This document shows, one piece after another, positions 59,873 to 64,000 of a stretch of DNA of 64,000 bases. Made by a program: the position numbers and the translations under genes. The stretch comes from the human T2T-CHM13v2.0 reference genome, Homo sapiens: assembly GCF_009914755.1 (NCBI RefSeq), contig NC_060928.1, one strand, 5' to 3'. Under the pieces are notes generated by a model. That model did no database searches and was not told the DNA's origin. It saw nothing but the letters and a program-made list of their open reading frames with translations. The first letter of the stretch is position 1. Each line of letters starts with the position of its first letter.

Positions 59873-62800
59873 GAAGAATATGTTTTTAAACTCATGGTTA
59901 AATATCTAACCTGCAACAGTTCCACCATATCCACTTCATGAGACTGATAGGGAAGCCCTTGATAACTGACTAATATCCACAAGTGTTTTACTGTGTTCAT
60001 TTTCCCCAGTAATAAAGGGCCTCCTCCAGACTTGACATCACCAATGAGCCTTACAATGGACAAACACGCTTTCAATCTTTCAGAACAAACCTTTGCTCCC
60101 TGTTGTAAATTGTAAGAGATCTATTTTTTTAGTGTTTCTCCTTTCAGGCACAGTAGGAAATGTAATATAATAGTTGAAGTTCTGCCCACGGTGGAGTTTT
60201 CCTTCTTCATGGCCATCTGGAACCCATTAAGCCAGGACCAACGCCATGCTACACAGAAATCATGTATTGGATTTTTGGGGATCTGTTAATTGTCACAAAA
60301 AACACACATAAAATCTTAGATGTAGGTTGAAGAAGAGACAACAGAATGACAAGATTGGAAAGATAGGTTGGAAGATGAGCAAACTGTTCTTAAAATTTAA
60401 TTACACTTTTCCAAATGTGTTAAGGTCTTTTGTATAACTATTCTTCTAGATAACAAAATGCTACTGGGTCACATGATTTACATGGCTAGTCATATCAGAT
60501 AATGTTAAATTTATGATAGGCTGCTCAAGTCTCCCTTTTCCTGAAAGCAAGTTTTTTTTAGTATCTTTCAGAGAGTAATAGCTAGAGCTATTTTTAAAAG
60601 GTGTCTTTTTCACTTATTTTACCTTTACTCCAAAAATTCAGAGGCCATGACTACGATTTTCTTATTGTGACTTGTTATGGTTTGTAAAAAATTTTACAGA
60701 CAGTTTAATCCAGTGGATAATTATAAAGACTTAACTGTAAAACTATTGTCTCCTTAGTCCACCTAGAAAGCATCTTCTCTTAATCTGAGCCATATGGAAA
60801 GCTGACAGGTTTGAGGGAATACAGGAAATGAAAAAAAAAAAAACAGGACAGCAAAATATCACAATTTTTGCCTTCATAATTCAAAGAGGTCCACCATGCT
60901 GTGTCCCTTTCTTAGTATTAGGGAGCATAAAGCTCAGCAATGTGTTCATTACTTTAAAGGAGTAACTTCATATTACTTAATGCCACAAAATTCCACAAAT
61001 TATGCAATATAGTTGGTAATATTTGTTAAAAACCTAGTTGCTGCTATAATAACGTTTTCCTTTTAAAAATACATATATAAAATGTAAGCACAATACATTA
61101 GGAAGTGAAAAATAATAATATCTATTTTTAAAGGAGGTGTACTAAGCTGTCAGTGAGCTTAATAAACATGTTTCTATACAGTTAAGCAATAACTGCTCCC
61201 AAATACTAATGAAACAATATCCATGGTATTGCTGCAATGCTGTCTTTATTTACTGTGTGTGCCTCTTGACCAACAGATCCTAAGAGTACTACTGGTCACT
61301 GTTAGTTTTAAACCGATATTGGTTTTTATAAAAGAGAAGGGTGAATAAACTTTAAAAGTGGAAAACAAGAAATCTTGGCAAATTAGTTAAAAGCTAGGGG
61401 GAAGAAAAAAGACACTTAATGCTTGAAAGAGCTTTCTAAATAGTGCCCAAATTATGATTAGCATTCCTATAGCACTTTCAAAAGGTATTTTATAGTGATC
61501 TCTCTGATGGAAAAATATTCTATAAAAAGCATGAGATTGAGGCAAACATACAACTTTTAAAAGTAATTATACAAAACCAAACATTGCTCTGAGAAACTTG
61601 AGGAAAATACAAACAGCAAGAAACAAAGCCAAAAGATGTTCTATCTGACATTTCTTGGAGGTTGGGTTTTCTGCAGTTCCAAAATCAATGAAATTGATTG
61701 TTCCTTCTATTTATTTTGCCTACCCCACTGCATATATTAAACATTTCCCACATTTAAAATTCTGATAAACCCAACTGCAGAACAAAATACTGTTAATTAC
61801 AATTTATTTTAGGTAAAAGAAGTTATGCATGGCAAATCTTTATTACAACAAGTAAAACAGAAATTGACCTTAAGTATTGTAAAAGGTAATTAAAAAGCAT
61901 CACCATTATGGAAATAATTAAATATAAGTTGCTTTCTGAACAAGCAACGAAGTATTTCAAAAAATACTTTAAAGGATAGAAAGGGAAAAAAAATTAAAAG
62001 CATAAATAAAGACATGCAGACAAAAATATGTAAGCACAATAAAATTAAATAAGCTTGCATACAAATAGGGAGCATCCATTGTTATATATGTCACATCAAT
62101 ATAGAACCACTTGATGTGATTTCTATATTTTAGTTCTTTTTTCATTTAAATTTAATGTTATTTTTCATATAATACATTTCTATGGCTCAAAAGAAAATTA
62201 TATTAAAAATATTTATTGTAAAGTTAACTCTCCCCTCTTTCTGTATTAAGCCCCTCTCCCATAGTTAATCATTTTTCTTCCTCTTCAATGTATTTCTGTC
62301 ATGTTTCTATTAACAAATTGTATTTGTGTTCCCTTAAATGTGATTAAAAGCCTTTTTAACTCATCTCATTTTTCTTAGCTTATTGTGATAATTTCCTATC
62401 CCTTTAATGTTTTATTGCATGGATAATGTGGCACTGTTTTCCCTATGTAAATTTGCCTTTTCTCATATAAATCACATCCACTTTGATTAGTCCTGTGATA
62501 CAGATTTTCTTTGAGATTCCTCTTTATTGTCATGAGTGTACATTTTCTAACTTGGGGGCAGGGGAATCAACTTTCTTTAAGTTTAAAACATAAAAAATTA
62601 TAATGGGCATCATTTTTTATCAAAATATCAACTTGATTACAGAAATAACCTAGACTGTAGCTTTTATTTGCAATCATACTTAGATAACAGTGTTTTCTCT
62701 GATAAAAGAATTTACCTAGTTAGGCACAGAGACAGTAGATAAAAAAAAAAAAAAATTAAGACTCATGTCCAAGACACTACTCCAGTAGGCCTAACTCAAT

Positions 62801-63089
62801 AAGGACAGCCAAGGACTTCCAAGTTGAAGAACAAATGATTATATATTACACTGAGAGGCATTCATCTGAATTCTTCTGTGGTACTGATTATCTTTAACTG
62901 CTATTGCCATGAATTATCATTTCAGGCTAAAAGACTCAGACCATCAGCAATAGTGTGCTAAAAGCAAGTATGGTTTTCAAACAAATCATGTCCATGTTTT
63001 TAAAATGTTTTAGCAAAAGCTGAGTGATCCTTCACTTGAAGATGAATAGGTAAAGCAGCCAGGTAGAAAATAAATAAATAAATGAAACT

Positions 63090-64000
<911 letters not shown>

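Overview
This is primate (human-like) AT-rich, CpG-poor intergenic or deep-intronic DNA made up largely of interspersed repeats. I find no cellular protein-coding gene, RNA gene, CRISPR array or prokaryotic-type system. Every long ORF in the track comes from LINE-1 (ORF1, ORF2, or antisense 5'UTR frames), from Alu, or from chance in AT-rich sequence. The main elements are a 5'-truncated young L1PA2-like copy (8886-11870, +), a full-length but dead L1PA7-like copy (38422-44974, -) nested in an older L1MA, several older L1 remnants, about 11 Alu/FLAM copies, MaLR/ERVL/ERV1 solo LTRs, MIR/L2 relics and two small DNA transposons. Subfamily names are from remembered consensus sequences and need RepeatMasker/Dfam confirmation. 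I see no convincing new biological system. The most notable signals are rearrangement scars: a 98-bp inverted templated insertion inside the L1PA7, an unexplained ~88-bp dispersed duplication, a perfect 19-bp inverted repeat, tail-to-tail Alus with one arm deleted, tail-less Alus, an L1|LTR|Alu deletion junction, a twin-priming L1 inversion, and a long open ORF0-homologous antisense frame. There are also weak candidate non-coding exons on the + strand.
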